Source of the DNA: Phoronis australis
Lineage: Eukaryota; Animalia; Phoronida
DNA: 64,000 bases
Assembly (NCBI GenBank): GCA_002633005.1
Contig: NMRA01000383.1
Span: 198,951-262,950, forward strand
Direction: 5' to 3'
Shown here in pieces: positions 13,469 to 27,121 of the stretch. Numbering within the stretch: the stretch's first letter is position 1; each line of letters begins with the position of its first letter. The notes beneath the pieces were generated by a model. It did no database searches. It was given only the letters and a program-made list of their open reading frames with translations, and was not told where the DNA came from. The position numbers and the translations under genes were made by a program.

Positions 13469-14797
13469 TCAGTGTCTTCCAAGCTCATCCATCAAATCTA
13501 TTTGACAAAAATTTGAAAACAATTACATAACCAGAAGTGGCATCAATAAAAACTTGTGTTTGACACAAAGCACCCATTTGATGATCCTTTGATTTATCCA
13601 AAAACTCCTAATTTTGACGGATGTGTTCTCTTTTATACAGTCAACATGCTCTTTACATCCCTGGGTATTTTTGTGTATTTTTGTGCTGGGGTTCATCCCG
13701 TTCAAACCCAGAGGGTTGGGGTTAATTGTGACCAACTGTCGACACATACACGTTAGAATGTCCAAACACAAGCCACAAGCATAGGACACACTGCTGTTTC
13801 ATATGACCAGAGAAGACCAACTGGCCACCTTCTGTTCCCCACATCAGAGCATTCCCACTTCAAAAGGAGTTCAAAGCAGTTTCAAATATAGGCAGAACCT
13901 TACTTTAATACTTTGTAATAATTACTTGAGAAAAATTGCAAGACAAACTAGTAAGAGCTTTATATTTATAGTCTTAGTAAAAATTCACCCTGAAGAAAAT
14001 GTTCATAACTTAGGCACTTGTTATTTGAAGGTCAATTATAATGAAGCTGTTCAAACCATGATGCTTGTGTTTTGGCTTTTGAAGCCAGGAAGATTTCAAT
14101 TGAAATTAAAGACTGAGTTTTTGATAATTTGATGAAAATGTTCAGACCTAAATCTTAACTCTGGGAGCGAATTGGCCACAAGCACTTAAAACTGACAAGG
14201 GCTGGTATCCCTTGGGGGTAAATGTTGCCTACGTGATTATTTCACAGGGTTATCAAGATGTCTGTGATATCAAACTGGTCAACAACCATTCACAAATGAC
14301 AAGATAGTCTAGTGTTTGTATAGGAGCACAGTTGTCCTATGATCAAACATAAAAAATGAAGAGAAAGATATGGTTGATGAACTAATTGACAAGATTCGCC
14401 CATCGTCTGAAACTAAGAAAAAATGTCGTAACAACGAACTTTTTATTGAAAGACAGCTAGAGAAAATGAATTAGTGGGTCAAAGTGTGTACATTTTAAAA
14501 AACCCAAAGTAACCCGAGATAGCAACATTAAATTACCGTAAACCCATAAAACTTAAATAACTCCAAAGAAAATTGAACTATAACAAACCACACAAAACAA
14601 CTTTTAATGCTAATGGAAACCCTCTTAAAAGCTTCCTAAGTGGAAAGCAACATATGAGACAGAACTTATGAATGTGTGACGAGGCCATTAGACGGCCATG
14701 CCATTTAAAACGGGGCTCAGCCTGCCTTTGCCAGTGCCAGGAATATTGAGTATGACAGACACTTGCAGAAAGCTCAATGAGTCTTGAAACCACTTCA

Positions 14798-14865
14798 AGT
14801 GGGTAATGGACGCAGGTCATCAATTGGTCAGGTGGGTAATGGACGCAGGTCATCAATTGGTCAGG
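14798..14865. repeat. 33-bp tandem duplication
   Basis: GTGGGTAATGGACGCAGGTCATCAATTGGTCAG x2. Confidence 0.9.
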
Positions 14866-16552
14866 ATGATGACTGAGTGGCTGAGGACATTCACTGTGAA
14901 TGGTACCAGTGTGGTTCGGTTAACGGTATTCTCCACAACCCCACTACCACCAGAAACAAATTTTGATTTCAACGTGACAAGCTCAAGTCACCCACAATTA
15001 ATTTCAACTCAGGAGTTTAAGTTATTTCTTAAAGCAAATAAGAACATTTTAGATGTGTAACACCAGTCAGTGGATTGATTGTAATATGGCTTGAAAATGC
15101 AGCAACTCTCTGTTTTGCACAATTTCAGTCACTCTAAAAGTATAACTGTCACACTTCAGCCATCGCAACTCTCCCAAAATAGTAAGATTAACTGCAGAGC
15201 TATGTAACTCCACTGCAATGGGAAAGGTTAACTCCACTCTGGAGTAATCACTAGAGGTTGTGGCGTGAAACATGCAAATTCAAATGAGAGTGCCAATCCA
15301 GTCAACTACGCCATCTGGTGTTTGATCCCCAGAACTGGCATTAACTCCAATGTTGCTACTGGAGAAAAGTTTGCAAATGTAAGGCGAGTTGCGATAGACC
15401 AGTTTTGCTAATGGAAAAGCACCATAAGGCATTAGACATAACTCCCTCAAGGAGAATACTTTCAAACAAATTCACGAATTTTGAAATTCATGTTGAGTTT
15501 GAATTTTGTTATTCCTATGGCCCAATGAAAGAGCCCCTAATGAAAGAATATGTGTGTTATTACCATACAACCTAAGGTACACTTAAAAGGAAATTTTAAA
15601 AATAAATTCATTGTTTCTGATTTTCTATTATAGAGAGGAAATGACCTGGCACGTTGTGTAAGAAACACATTCTAACTCTTTTTAAATGTAAATCACAGTC
15701 GTAATAAGACAGCTAATTCAAACTAAGTAAAGTTTGACAAAATTTACTCACAAAATAATCTTTCCTTCCACAAATAATAAAAATTCTTCAATTTGGAACA
15801 ATAATGATTGCTAAAATTGCCATATTTCTATTATCTAGAGGCCTACCACACTGTTGCAAATGCTCACAATATTCCCACATGTTGTTTGGTAATACCGTCT
15901 ATGCCATACAAACTGTGCACAAAACAACTAGTAAATTTTCCTGAAAAGTATTTTTGTTGAGAAATTTGACAAAATGAGATTTCCCATTTAGCGTGCTGTG
16001 CCACAAAGTGAAGAATTTTTACTGTCTACGCATTCATCATGTACCTGTGTATACTGCATGTGCCTGTGTGTAACTGTGTGTACCTATGTGTACCTGTATG
16101 ACCAAACAAGTCGTACAAAAAAGCACAGACACTTGCAACAGTGATAATACAAGTTAATCAAGTTGAAGAAACAAGGCATTTGCTGCAGGATAAAACAGTA
16201 GAACATTCCATACATACTCTACCCAGAAGGTGTTCATTAGGTATCAGGTGCTAGCCTAAATACAACAACACCAAATGGGATGTTCTATGCTAACCTCCAA
16301 ACTAGTAAGACATGTCTGCAGCTTTGAAACTTGAAATTTGATTTAAAAAGTTACTGTTTCAACTGGGCAAGCAGCCAGCAGATTAGAACAGCTTCATTTC
16401 CGTAGAACAAAATCAATCATAGTTTGCCCAAAACTTTCTTCAGACTCTCTCATTCAGGACTTCATAATCACAATCGTTTCCATTTTGGACATGCTTTAGT
16501 AGCTATATCCCATAATTTAGGTCAGTAAGTTGGACCTGAGGTTGTTGAATAA

Positions 16553-17275
16553 AGTGCCATCCACACACAATTACCACAGAACAAGTTAATTCTGGAACAA
16601 ATTCTCAATAGGTTCCAGGGACTGTCTGGACCCTAATTAAACTAGTGCAACTTGCCCCACTTGTGACAACTTAGTCAATCTTATCGAGGCAACGAAACTT
16701 GTTCTAAGGATAACTTGCACCACTTCTTATCGCTGTGTGGCTACAAACCTTGGACAAGGCACAAGTAATTATCAGCTGCCCACTTGTGCACTTACATACA
16801 AATGGGTCAAACTCAACACCTAAACTCCCGTCAGTTTTACAAAGATCAGTATGCGCAAATCAAAAACTTCTGCCTTGTAACAGTAACCCACGCCAAACGA
16901 TGTTGTGTGGATTTCACAAGCTATTGTTAAACTTCCGAGATACATGCGAGGGGCATAAGCGCGTCGCATGGTTATCGCATATGGGATGCTACCATTGTTT
17001 TCCTTTGTTGCGCCTTTATTGGATATAACAATACTGGTCACATGGACATCATACCTTGGACGCCCGTCAGCTGGTTACAGATATATCTATACCATTATAT
17101 TTAGTATGACAAACAAAGCTTGAACAATGGATACGTCTATCTACCGATATCTATGCGACGAGCTTGCGACCTAGTTTCCCGTGGGTATAGGCCAGATAAG
17201 TCGGACATTCTCCTTAAGGTGGTGCAAGTAGCACTATTGAAAGTTGTTCCAGTAAGTCTATGTGTGGACACGACT
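16553..17275 (+). mobile_element. PIF/Harbinger-like MITE, family C copy 1
   Basis: TAA|AGTGCCATCCACAC ... GTGTGGACACGACT; internal homology to the copies at 20384-21061. Confidence 0.65.
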
Positions 17276-20253
17276 TATGACGACTCATGAAACATCCAAA
17301 CAAATCATGATCTTCGATCCAACCACAAAATATTCCCTAAATCAAATGTACTTGTGTTTTCTAACAACAGTGGAAATGCCTTGCAAATTATCAATTTGAC
17401 ATTTGACGATGCTACTAGAAATCAGGTGTATACATAAAAAATCCTGTTTTTGTTAACTTATGAAAAATACTAAATGCAATCAACCAACATGAAAATCTGA
17501 ATCCAATTCACCAATAAACAATGAACAATGAACAATGTGACTGTTCTACACTGGAACATAATGACTTGAACACAAGTCACTTAAAAATCACCAGATAAAT
17601 TGACTGCTGAGAAGATATCATGTCCTTTTCAAAGGTCAAAATGCCAAGTAAACAGACGCCACTTTAGTTAAACTGCTCATCTGAATGTCCTGAGAAGTGA
17701 AATTCTTAACTGAAAGTTGCACACCATACAACTGGAGTAGGATAGTCAAATGAGCCATTGTTCGTGGTTTATGATACAACACTAACTGTGAGTACATCAT
17801 AACACCACTATTCACAGGGGACACACAAAGAGCACAATGATGAGAACAAACAAGGATGTCACACACATACACTGGGTACATGAAGAGCAAATTATCTTAG
17901 CTAAAAGGTATCCAGTTTACCTGTAAACTGAAGTCCTACAACAGCCTCTATTGTCTGCTACACATCATCACAGTCGGTGGTCTGAGACATACTTCAGGAG
18001 GACCCATGAGGCTGGTGTTGTGTTTTATGCAACATCAAATACACAGCAACACCCGTCATCAAAAAGTATGGTGAGAGACACTGGGACACTAATAGTGAGC
18101 CACCTACCTCAAGACACTTCCCTCTCCCTGATTTCTCACAAATTTAGCACCCACCCCAATTTAACTGGCTTGTGTGCTAACCTACAAGTATGGTAATTCA
18201 ATCACAAAGTATGCCTACATCTCTAGTGTTTAGAAATGCACGTTCATTCAATACAAAAATGCCAGTTTTCACACAAAAGTGGAGTAGCATGATTACTAAC
18301 AGCTGTATGATACTGATGAACATCCAGGATTCACAAGATATGTACTTTGAATACTTTGATGGGTTGAAAAGATAAAAAGTAAATATACTACAGGTGTAAC
18401 ATGAAATGACTTGATAACAATAACCATTGCCTTAAGACACAAAATTCAAGACAATGGGGAATTAAATCAGAGTCTATCAATACAAGCACTACAGGCTTTC
18501 TGTCCTCTAAGAATATAAAGCCTTTATAATAGAGCGAACATTCAACAAAGACTATCAAGCAAGTGTATTTCAAAAGCCAATTCAATACAGGAGGTTGCAA
18601 ATACAGTTTAATTAACCAAGTTTCACTGAGACCTTTAAGCCGCCTTATTCCCCCAACTAAACTGAAATGAGGAGTATCAGTATTTCAACTGCTGACAGGT
18701 CAACACCCAGATCTACAGTTAATTGCCTCAGTCATGAATGACTGAAACAACAGCAGACTATTTTTTCACCAACACGTACTATAACATACGCTATTTTATG
18801 CGGGTAAAAAAGCCAATTAACTTGATCTGACATATGAACTACTGGCTCAAGTCAGCTGTTACCTACTCAATGATTCCAAGATTGTGCAGTGAGCCCACGC
18901 ACAGAACAGACACGCCTTTCATAAACTGCGGAAGCGCTCATTTAAGAGCATGCAAAAAATAGCTGATAATTACAAAAGCGGTCTACATCAACCCTCTACA
19001 AGCAAACACTGGTGCTTCACTTAAGGTCAGTCAGATTCAAAAACCATCTTCCTCACATCAATTGACAGTCATGATCTAAAGCTCAGTTTTGAAGACTAGC
19101 CATTGATTGATACTGTGGTATCCATTACACACATCGCTACTGGCCAAAAGCAAGTCAATTACAAAACACAATAATATGGTTGCCAACGACAAGCACATTG
19201 GTACAAACAAAAAAATTAAAGGGTGGAGGTTGTTTTCTGCCCAATTAACCGGGGAATTTTCAAATCCACACTGCAGAACAAATTTACAGTCGTGTTTTTT
19301 TTAATTTGCCATATAATAGTTTTGTGCTACCATGATTTGCTGCAGACACTCCCCTCCCCACACCCGTTTATCCCTCCTCAAACAAAAGACATTTCCACCA
19401 TTTCCTTAAAAAATCAGATCATATCAGTGTTCTAGTTCATAAAGGAAATTAGCCTCAGGATAGACATATTGTCAACATGTTGAAGTCTGACTTCAGTCTA
19501 TAAGTTGGTTTAGATTTAATCCACTGAGTCATGATAAACCAAACAGTGGAAGTATAAAGTACTGTATATCCCCAGTCTCAACATATAGACATACTGAGAC
19601 TAGGCCATGTACAGTCATTTCCTATCACCCACACACACAGGCCATCAACCATGCCCCAAAGGAAAATGTGCACTAACAAAAGATAGCTAATCAACTTCAA
19701 ACAATTGAATCACAGACAACAAGCAAGCAAGTTGATCATGGGGTGTGGCCAACAATCAACTAATTTCAGTACTCCTTAAATATGGATTCAAATACATCGC
19801 AGAAAAGTGAAATTTCACATATCCAAATTCGTCAATCCGAAAAATTCTCACAAAATTTTGTTTCGTTTTAGCAGTATCATACAATTGTCATTAAAAAGTA
19901 TTTGGTATTTTTGTTTGCATTGACTGTAGTATTTGGTATTTTTGTTTGTATTGACTGTAGTATTCCTGCCATTTTGAAAAATGTGACTCACAGCAGAACT
20001 AACTTTTCCACAGGATATTTGCCACACAAAAGAACTACCGTAGAAATAAAACATAACATATTAACAGTAAGCCCCTAAAAATAGACAAGAACAAAGCAGA
20101 ACGTTAGAATGTGTCTATGACTGCACTACAAAAGGTGTGCTTCTAAGGGAGTTTATTGGTATCATAGAAATGACCATTGGATGCTGCAGAATACGTCGAA
20201 TCCGTCTGAAAATGGGGAGGTGTTGTCACTGAACCCCACTTTTAAGTGGAACG

Positions 20254-20261
<8 letters not shown>

Positions 20262-20301
<40 letters not shown>
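20262..20301. repeat. (CA)n microsatellite
   Basis: About 19 CA units. Confidence 0.97.
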
Positions 20302-20302
<1 letters not shown>

Positions 20303-20383
20303 CTGACAACTGGGTAAAGGCAGAAGTTGTGGACAATGAACAACTGATGCAAATACAGCACACACCATATGTTATGAAACAAC

Positions 20384-21061
20384 AGTGGATAATTACTTCC
20401 ACCTTGCCCAGGTTTGGGCCTCACGGTAATTACAAGTGGTGCAAGTTACCCTAGGACAAGTTACACTACCTCGATAGGGTGGAGTAAAATGCCGTCCACA
20501 CACAGAGTTACTCTAAAACAAGTTACTCCTGGAACGAGTCGTCACGAGGTTTGAGTGCTGTCTGGACGTTTTTTAAACTAGTGAACTAGTGCAACTTAGC
20601 CCCTTTGTGACAACTTGCTCCACCTGAACGAGTAGGGTAACTTGTTCAAGGCTAACTTACAGCACTTTTAATTCTTGTGTGGCTATAAACCTGGGGCAAG
20701 GTGGAAGTAATTATCAGGTTCAGTTATGTACGGTTATGTACGGTTATGTACAGACGGGGGGGGGGAAGGGGGTTGGGGGGGTCTTTTGCGAGGCATATTT
20801 GTATTAAGTGATTATTGTAATGCACAACTTGCGCCTTACCCTAGTTATCAGATAGGTGTGCGTGTGGCCACTCCACTTAAAAGTGGGGTAAGTTGCACTA
20901 GTGCAAGTTGTGTAGGTTAGGATGTGTGTGGACGGCACTTTAGTTGTCACAAGTGGGATAAGTTGCACTCGTTTAAATAGCGTCCATATGGCCCTTAAAC
21001 CTAATAAGAACTCATTCCAGGAGTAACTTGTTCTGGGACAAGTCTGGGTATGGACGGCATT
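20384..21061 (-). mobile_element. Family C outer copy (inverted, truncated), interrupted by another family C copy
   Basis: 20384-20487 and 20940-21061 together are the reverse complement of the start of 16553-16780; ends ...TATGGACGGCATT. Confidence 0.7.
20488..20939 (+). mobile_element. Family C inner copy nested in the outer copy
   Basis: TAA|AATGCCGTCCACACAC ... GTGTGTGGACGGCACT|TTA. Confidence 0.75.
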
Positions 21062-21360
21062 TGATACAGGCGTATGACTTCATGGACTACCGGAAGTTCA
21101 TGTCAGAACCTCAAATGGCACTTGGTACAGACGTATGACTTCATGGACTACCGGAAGTTCATGTCAGAACCTCAAATGGCACTTGGTACAGACGTATGAC
21201 TTCATGGACTACCGGAAGTTCATGTCAGAACCTCAAATGGCACTTGATACAGACGTATGACTTCATGGACTACAGGGAGTTCATGTCAGAACCTCAAATG
21301 GCACTTGATACAGACGTATGACTTCATGGACTACAGGAAGTTCATGTCAGAACCTCAAAT
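21055..21360. repeat. 61-bp minisatellite x5
   Basis: Unit TGGCACTTGGTACAGACGTATGACTTCATGGACTACCGGAAGTTCATGTCAGAACCTCAAA. Confidence 0.95.
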
Positions 21361-23518
21361 TAACTTCAAGCCAATTATTTACTAATGTCACTCACGCTTT
21401 CAAGCTTACGCCCACCTGTTCAATATGCCCTCCTGACAACGTAAACACCGCTTCTCGCAACAGTTTTTCACTGGATTTCAACAAATACCTTGTGTTGGTA
21501 GGTCTACAGTAACATCTTACTAATGACAATAATTGCTAAAATTGGCCATTTTCCATTTTCCAAATGCTTGTAACATTGGTGCGAATGACAAGTTTCTTAA
21601 AACATTGTTTGGTGGAAGTCATGATACACAAGTTGAGTATGAAAAATCACTTGTGTGTGGTTATAAAAAACTTGCTTGAAGTTTGTGTCAATGAAGGGAT
21701 GCTGCCAAACTATCCCGCTATCAAAAAAGAAAATAAACTTCAGTTGTCTGCCATCTTTTGTCTTACATTGGACAGATTTGAGGTGTTATGCAGGGCTGCA
21801 ATATTAACCAGGTGCCAGGTGGTGTCACCTAGACTTCCCACATGTAACTCCACCATTCCTATCAGTATGCTCTATATGAATACGAGCTGGACTTCTACGA
21901 CCTCAGACTCGGTGCATCGGATGTTTTGCCCTAACAAAGTTAAGGAAGTTGGCAGTCGACTAGTTGGCAGTGAATGTGGAATGTGCCCAACCCATACATA
22001 AGACAGTGTGAGGCGAAACATCAAAAGTATGACTATGGCACAATCTATTTCATTTTTCACGTTCTTGGCACCTGGACAAGCATCGTAATAGAGTTACAGT
22101 AAAACTAAGCACTTGGTCACCTCATCTCAAAGAAGGAATCCACAAGGTGTGTTCAACATTAACAAACTTATGTAAAAAAATGCCTAGTACCAGCAATGTC
22201 ATTCTACAGCGTAGAAATTTGAAAACACAACCGCAATAGCTAAATGTATGTACTATACACATTTTCAAGTGCACTGTTACATCACTTTCAAACTAATGTC
22301 AGGACATACCCTGGGCTAATAACTGCCATCGTAACAACAATTCTGTCGAGTGAGAAATATAAAAACCCACTCTGGGAAGTAATCACTAGCAATCACGGAA
22401 TGCAACTCGTATAGAGACAATAAATCAACAACGCCATCTGAAGTTGAATCAAGAGATTGAGTCGCCATCTTATCTAGTAACTGTGATGTCAACAGCTTCC
22501 CAATGACACTAATGCAAACTAATTCACTATAGACAATCTGTACATGGGGTTTCCAATATTTAAGTGATAACAATAAAGAACCTTTTAGTCTATTAATAAG
22601 ATGGTTTGTGTAGCGCAGACACCATAAAACAACTTTTGATAATTTTCCATTATTTGAAGGTAAGTAACCAGCCTTTAAATAATGGGATATGACAATTTTG
22701 AATTATTCTAACTAGGTGGAGAACCACAGCATCCTTGTTCACCCAAGCATCTTCATGCCTTTGTCTTGTCACCTAAGAGACACTTCAGTCACACTGTCAA
22801 GATTATGTCCTATCTCCCCCATTCCTAGTAAACCAGACTAGTTTCATCAAAATCCACATTGCCACCATATGCCTATGGGAGTTACCACCTCAGACAGTTG
22901 GACATACAATGAAGGTCAGAGGAAGTCCCCAGTCACAATGATCCTTGACAAAGGTTGTGTATGACAGCATGACTTACACAATGACACCATTGTAAGGCTG
23001 TTGACAGTGGTCAGACCCACTCTCAATAGAAGCATAATGACAACTATGTACTATAAATGCCAGCTACAATGTAGGGTTTACTCAACACAATATCAGGTAT
23101 ACAATAACTTATTTTTTCTTCTTCTCCATTCTGAAATCCCGATAGGGGTGAGATTACTTTGAGTGCTAAGATCTCCTGACTAAAGCACTCAACCAACAGA
23201 CAACAACAACAATCTAAAACTGATGTCACAGTGGAAATAACAGCACTTTTTCAGCAGCTCAACTTCTAAAATTTTTGCCAGACAAAGCTCCCATTTTCAC
23301 CATCAGTAATCATAAACCTTGGGGTCAACCTACTGAACACATATCGGGGAGCCTGAAATGATATGGGGGTTGCCATTTAGAACAAGTTTCAAGAAATTGG
23401 GTTGGGCGCTTAACTGAATATGGGCGCTTAACCTCAGCCAGTCAAACCTATCACTTTGGTCATTTATGACCTTAACAACTAAACTCCACAGACCCTCAGT
23501 TCAAAGAATTTGCTCTTA

Positions 23519-24024
23519 AGGCCCTTTCATATTGACTTAACTCCGGTCTGAGCGGAGCGTCGACGTAAACAGCGCAGTTAACTGGACCGTTCATACTGGC
23601 TTCGGTAGTTAATGACCATCGAAGTAAAGGGTTGGTGACCCTGACGTCATGGAAGTTATCGCAAGGTAGCGCTGCACGCTAAGATTTTTTTCAATGTGAC
23701 AATTTGGAACATTTAAATGTGCTAAATGACATAAAACTCATTTTTAAATCGATTGGTTATCATTAAACCCAAAAATAAGTAGTTGTTAGTGACGGCACTA
23801 CTCTGTAACTGTTGATGATAACAGTGGCACCTGGCGATAACTTCGATTGGACCGGAGTTAAGCGTTCATACTGCACCGCAGCGTCGACGCTGCGGTCTTA
23901 AATCCACCTACTAACTGCGATGTTAACTGGAGCTCTTAACTGCGATCCAGGACCGGAGTTAAGCGTTCATACTGACCGCAACTCCCCAAACCATCGACGC
24001 GTCGACGTTAGTATGAAAGGCCCT
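23519..24024 (-). mobile_element. PIF/Harbinger-like MITE, family B copy 2 (inverted)
   Basis: AGGCCCTTTCATA ... TATGAAAGGCCCT in a TTA/TAA context; close reverse complement of 13005-13468. Confidence 0.85.
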
Positions 24025-24856
24025 TAAGGCAGTTACCCTAACACCAAAGTTGACTCCCACACATGTATTCAAGTACCAAAGCAAGCAACCCTCACAGCCA
24101 AAATTAGAAGTCAAGTAGCCAAAACTAAATTTTAACAAACGTGATTCTAACCTAGAGGGTTAGTTTTAAGGGAATTTTGAGGGAATTTTAAATGTTTCTC
24201 ATAGGAGAGTAACGCCGATATTTGGCCCCCAGCCAGAGGCATTGCAGCTCCTGGTGAACATAGAATATTTCAGAGTAAGAATCATTTTAACATCAAAGGC
24301 AGACAATTCTGACATTTTGCAATCACTGGTACAAAATACTAACACGTGGCGAATTAAAATTTTTTGATAAGGCAGCAAAATCAAATTTCCACTGTCTTCG
24401 TTCCACATGAACATTAAGAAATGTTTACATGCTCTCATTATATGAAGGTGTGGCATATACCAGATAACAGGTACATTCTAATCTGCCAATCCCAATACAA
24501 CAGTATCTTCACCTGAGGATTCGGGTCATGACAGTGAACTAGAACTAACGATAACGATAACGATAACGATAACGAGGCTGCCATACAATATTAAAGTGTC
24601 ATTACCACGGGAAAATTTGTGAAAATAATTATGTGTATTTTTCAAGCAATTTTTATTAGGACATTTTTTTGCAATCGAACACGAATTAGCCAGAAATCTG
24701 AGCTCCACAAAATTTCATTAGGTTAAAACCGAGCAAAAATAATTCATGACATAAGTGGGTTGTTATGTCGTTTATATCACCTTCGTTTGTCGCACACACA
24801 GTAAGTGCAGGCCAGGGCAACAAGAATGAGGAAAAATGAAGATAACCAAGTATCTG

Positions 24857-25070
24857 CAAGGTGACACCATTAATGGTTGTTTTCCCCTATAACACCTTTC
24901 CAAGGTAACACCATGAATGGTTGTTTTCCCCTATAACACCTTCCCAAGGTAACACCATGAATGGTTGTTTTCCCCTATAACACCTTCCCAAGGTAACACC
25001 ATGAATGGTTGTTTTCCCTTATAACTTTCCCAAGGTAACACCATGAATGGTTGTTTTCCCCTGTAACACA
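24857..25070. repeat. 44-bp minisatellite x5
   Basis: Unit CAAGGTAACACCATGAATGGTTGTTTTCCCCTATAACACCTTCC. Confidence 0.95.
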
Positions 25071-25861
25071 TTAGGGTTGCTTCTCCAAGAGTCTGTTGTA
25101 CTTTGGTTAAAAATCAGTTCATGGATGGCCAAGTGTGATTTATGAAATCAGACAAAGGCTGAAAATCAGAAAATCTGTCAAAAACTCAAAGCCCAGAGAC
25201 AGAACTCTGTACGCAGTCTGCTTGTGAGCAGATCTTGTTCAAGTAACGACCGTTGACGCCAAATACAGGGACAGTATATTCCTTTAGCAGCTTCTGCAGC
25301 GCAGAACAAACTGAATCGTTAAAATTGACATTTCTAGAGACCATAGTAAACCACAGACTCATTTTAGAGACAACTGTTCTAATTCATTTTCCATAAGATC
25401 CCATCTTTTCTTGCACTTTCAAGTGCCAGATCAAGACCTTGTTTATCTCATTCTAAAGTACTGACCTAGGCGTGGCAGTATAATGTGACCTATGCATGGA
25501 CTTTCCTTGAGAGAAAAAATGGTCAACCGACAATCGAAATTCAACATAAAGTAAAAGTATTTTTAAAGCTTTTTTGAATACAAGAACAATATGAAAAGCT
25601 TCATAAAATTTATACTTAAAATTTCGAGCTGTTAATCGTCTTTTTCGTACTCAATTATGGTAATCAACACATAGTTGCTAGTACTTCACTGAAGCGTTTT
25701 GACATTGTACATTTATAAGTCATAGTGAACTGCAAAAATACAACAAGAAAAATTCGATTTTTTTATATTTTTTCATCTTTAATGAACATCTTAAAATTTC
25801 AGTGTAACAAACTTTTAAACACTGTTCCAAATTTGAGAATTGTTACCGCGTTAGTAATTTT

Positions 25862-27121
25862 GTCCTCCATTTTACCTCGTATATCAAAATTCCATGTTTA
25901 AGAAAGGTACATTCATAGCAAAATAACCCCTCGGTTGATTTTAATGAAACCCTTTTTTAAATGAAAACTTCCCCAGTTACCTCAAATCGCTGATAGGAAT
26001 TTTCGATTAGCCTTTTCGTTTGATTTCAATGACAAATCAACTCGCAAAACGCAAGATATTTTTGTGAAAAATAGCAGTCGTATTCATCTTTGTTACATTA
26101 CGCAAAAACTAGGCCTTTATATCAAAATCCTTAATGCGTTTTTGAGATTGATGGATAAATATTAAGTCTGCAGAGTTTCAGCGAAATCCAATAAGCCATT
26201 TTCAAGAACTCGTGTTCCTAAGGTGAGAAAAAGCTGATTATGTGGCGAGACATGAAAATCTGAAGGACTTCGGATAATTATTTGGTGAAAACTTGTTTTT
26301 GATCAATATAACCTATACACCCCTTGGCCACGTTCATTATTTCAACATGAACACGCAATGTCATCTGAATATGCAGTGCGTAATTAACTTAATTATCACA
26401 AAAATGTTTTACCAGCCAAGTCAATTCACAAATCACTGAATCGAAATAGGTCATGTGGGCAGAGCCAACATATTAAGTAGGCCAAGCTGGTGCATTGTGG
26501 TCCACTTTCAAGTAGGTCGTCAACATTTCATTATTTGACACACCATGTGCTGGGAGACTGATATGAAAACCAAGTATAAAATGGATTCAGAAATCGGGTC
26601 AGTGCTTAAAGCAGGTTGTGAGCACGAGATCGAAACAGCGAAATATCATGCCCGAATTAAGGAATAAGGGTGAGGATTTATCTCTTTTCAAAACTTGCTG
26701 TGTTCGTGAACACAAAGTCACAATGGTGTGAGGCAACTCATAGCATTCGCTCTCAACAGTTGTATGCATGCTGACACACAACTCTCTCAGGATCAAAGAT
26801 CCGTTTTGTCTTAGTTTTCCCTGGCACCATTCTATCACATGTACACGTCGTTGATGCAATATTATGTCAACTCGGTGAATGAAAGGACTGAGAGTACATA
26901 CAAAGCTGCTCTGTGCCTGGCGGGAGATTCGATTTGAGTGACAGCGTATAAGCAGTTAACAATTTTCAAAGCGGTTGTGGTTCTGCCAAATCTTTTTTTC
27001 TCGCTACACGGTATATATTTCGTATTTGAAGTTCCCCGAGAATGAAGATAAGGTAGTTTACTAGACATGTGTGAAATATTGTAAAAATAGCCAATTTTTG
27101 TGAATAAGGTTTGAGATATCC
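25862..27121 (-). mobile_element. Family A copy 2 (inverted, one end truncated)
   Basis: Reverse-complement homology to 7338-8730 (e.g. AAGAAAGGTACATTCATAGCAAAATAACCCCTCGG). Ends ...AATAAGGTTTGAGATATCC|TTAA. Confidence 0.8.

Noticed and set aside
4745-25070. CRISPR-like arrays (39-, 45-, 61- and 44-bp repeats)
   Set aside because: Units are head-to-tail with no unique spacers, no cas genes are present, and the context is a eukaryotic intron.
7338-27121. One ancient large inverted duplication as the cause of the mirror pattern
   Set aside because: Sequence between and flanking the paired elements shows no inverted homology, and the target sites differ.
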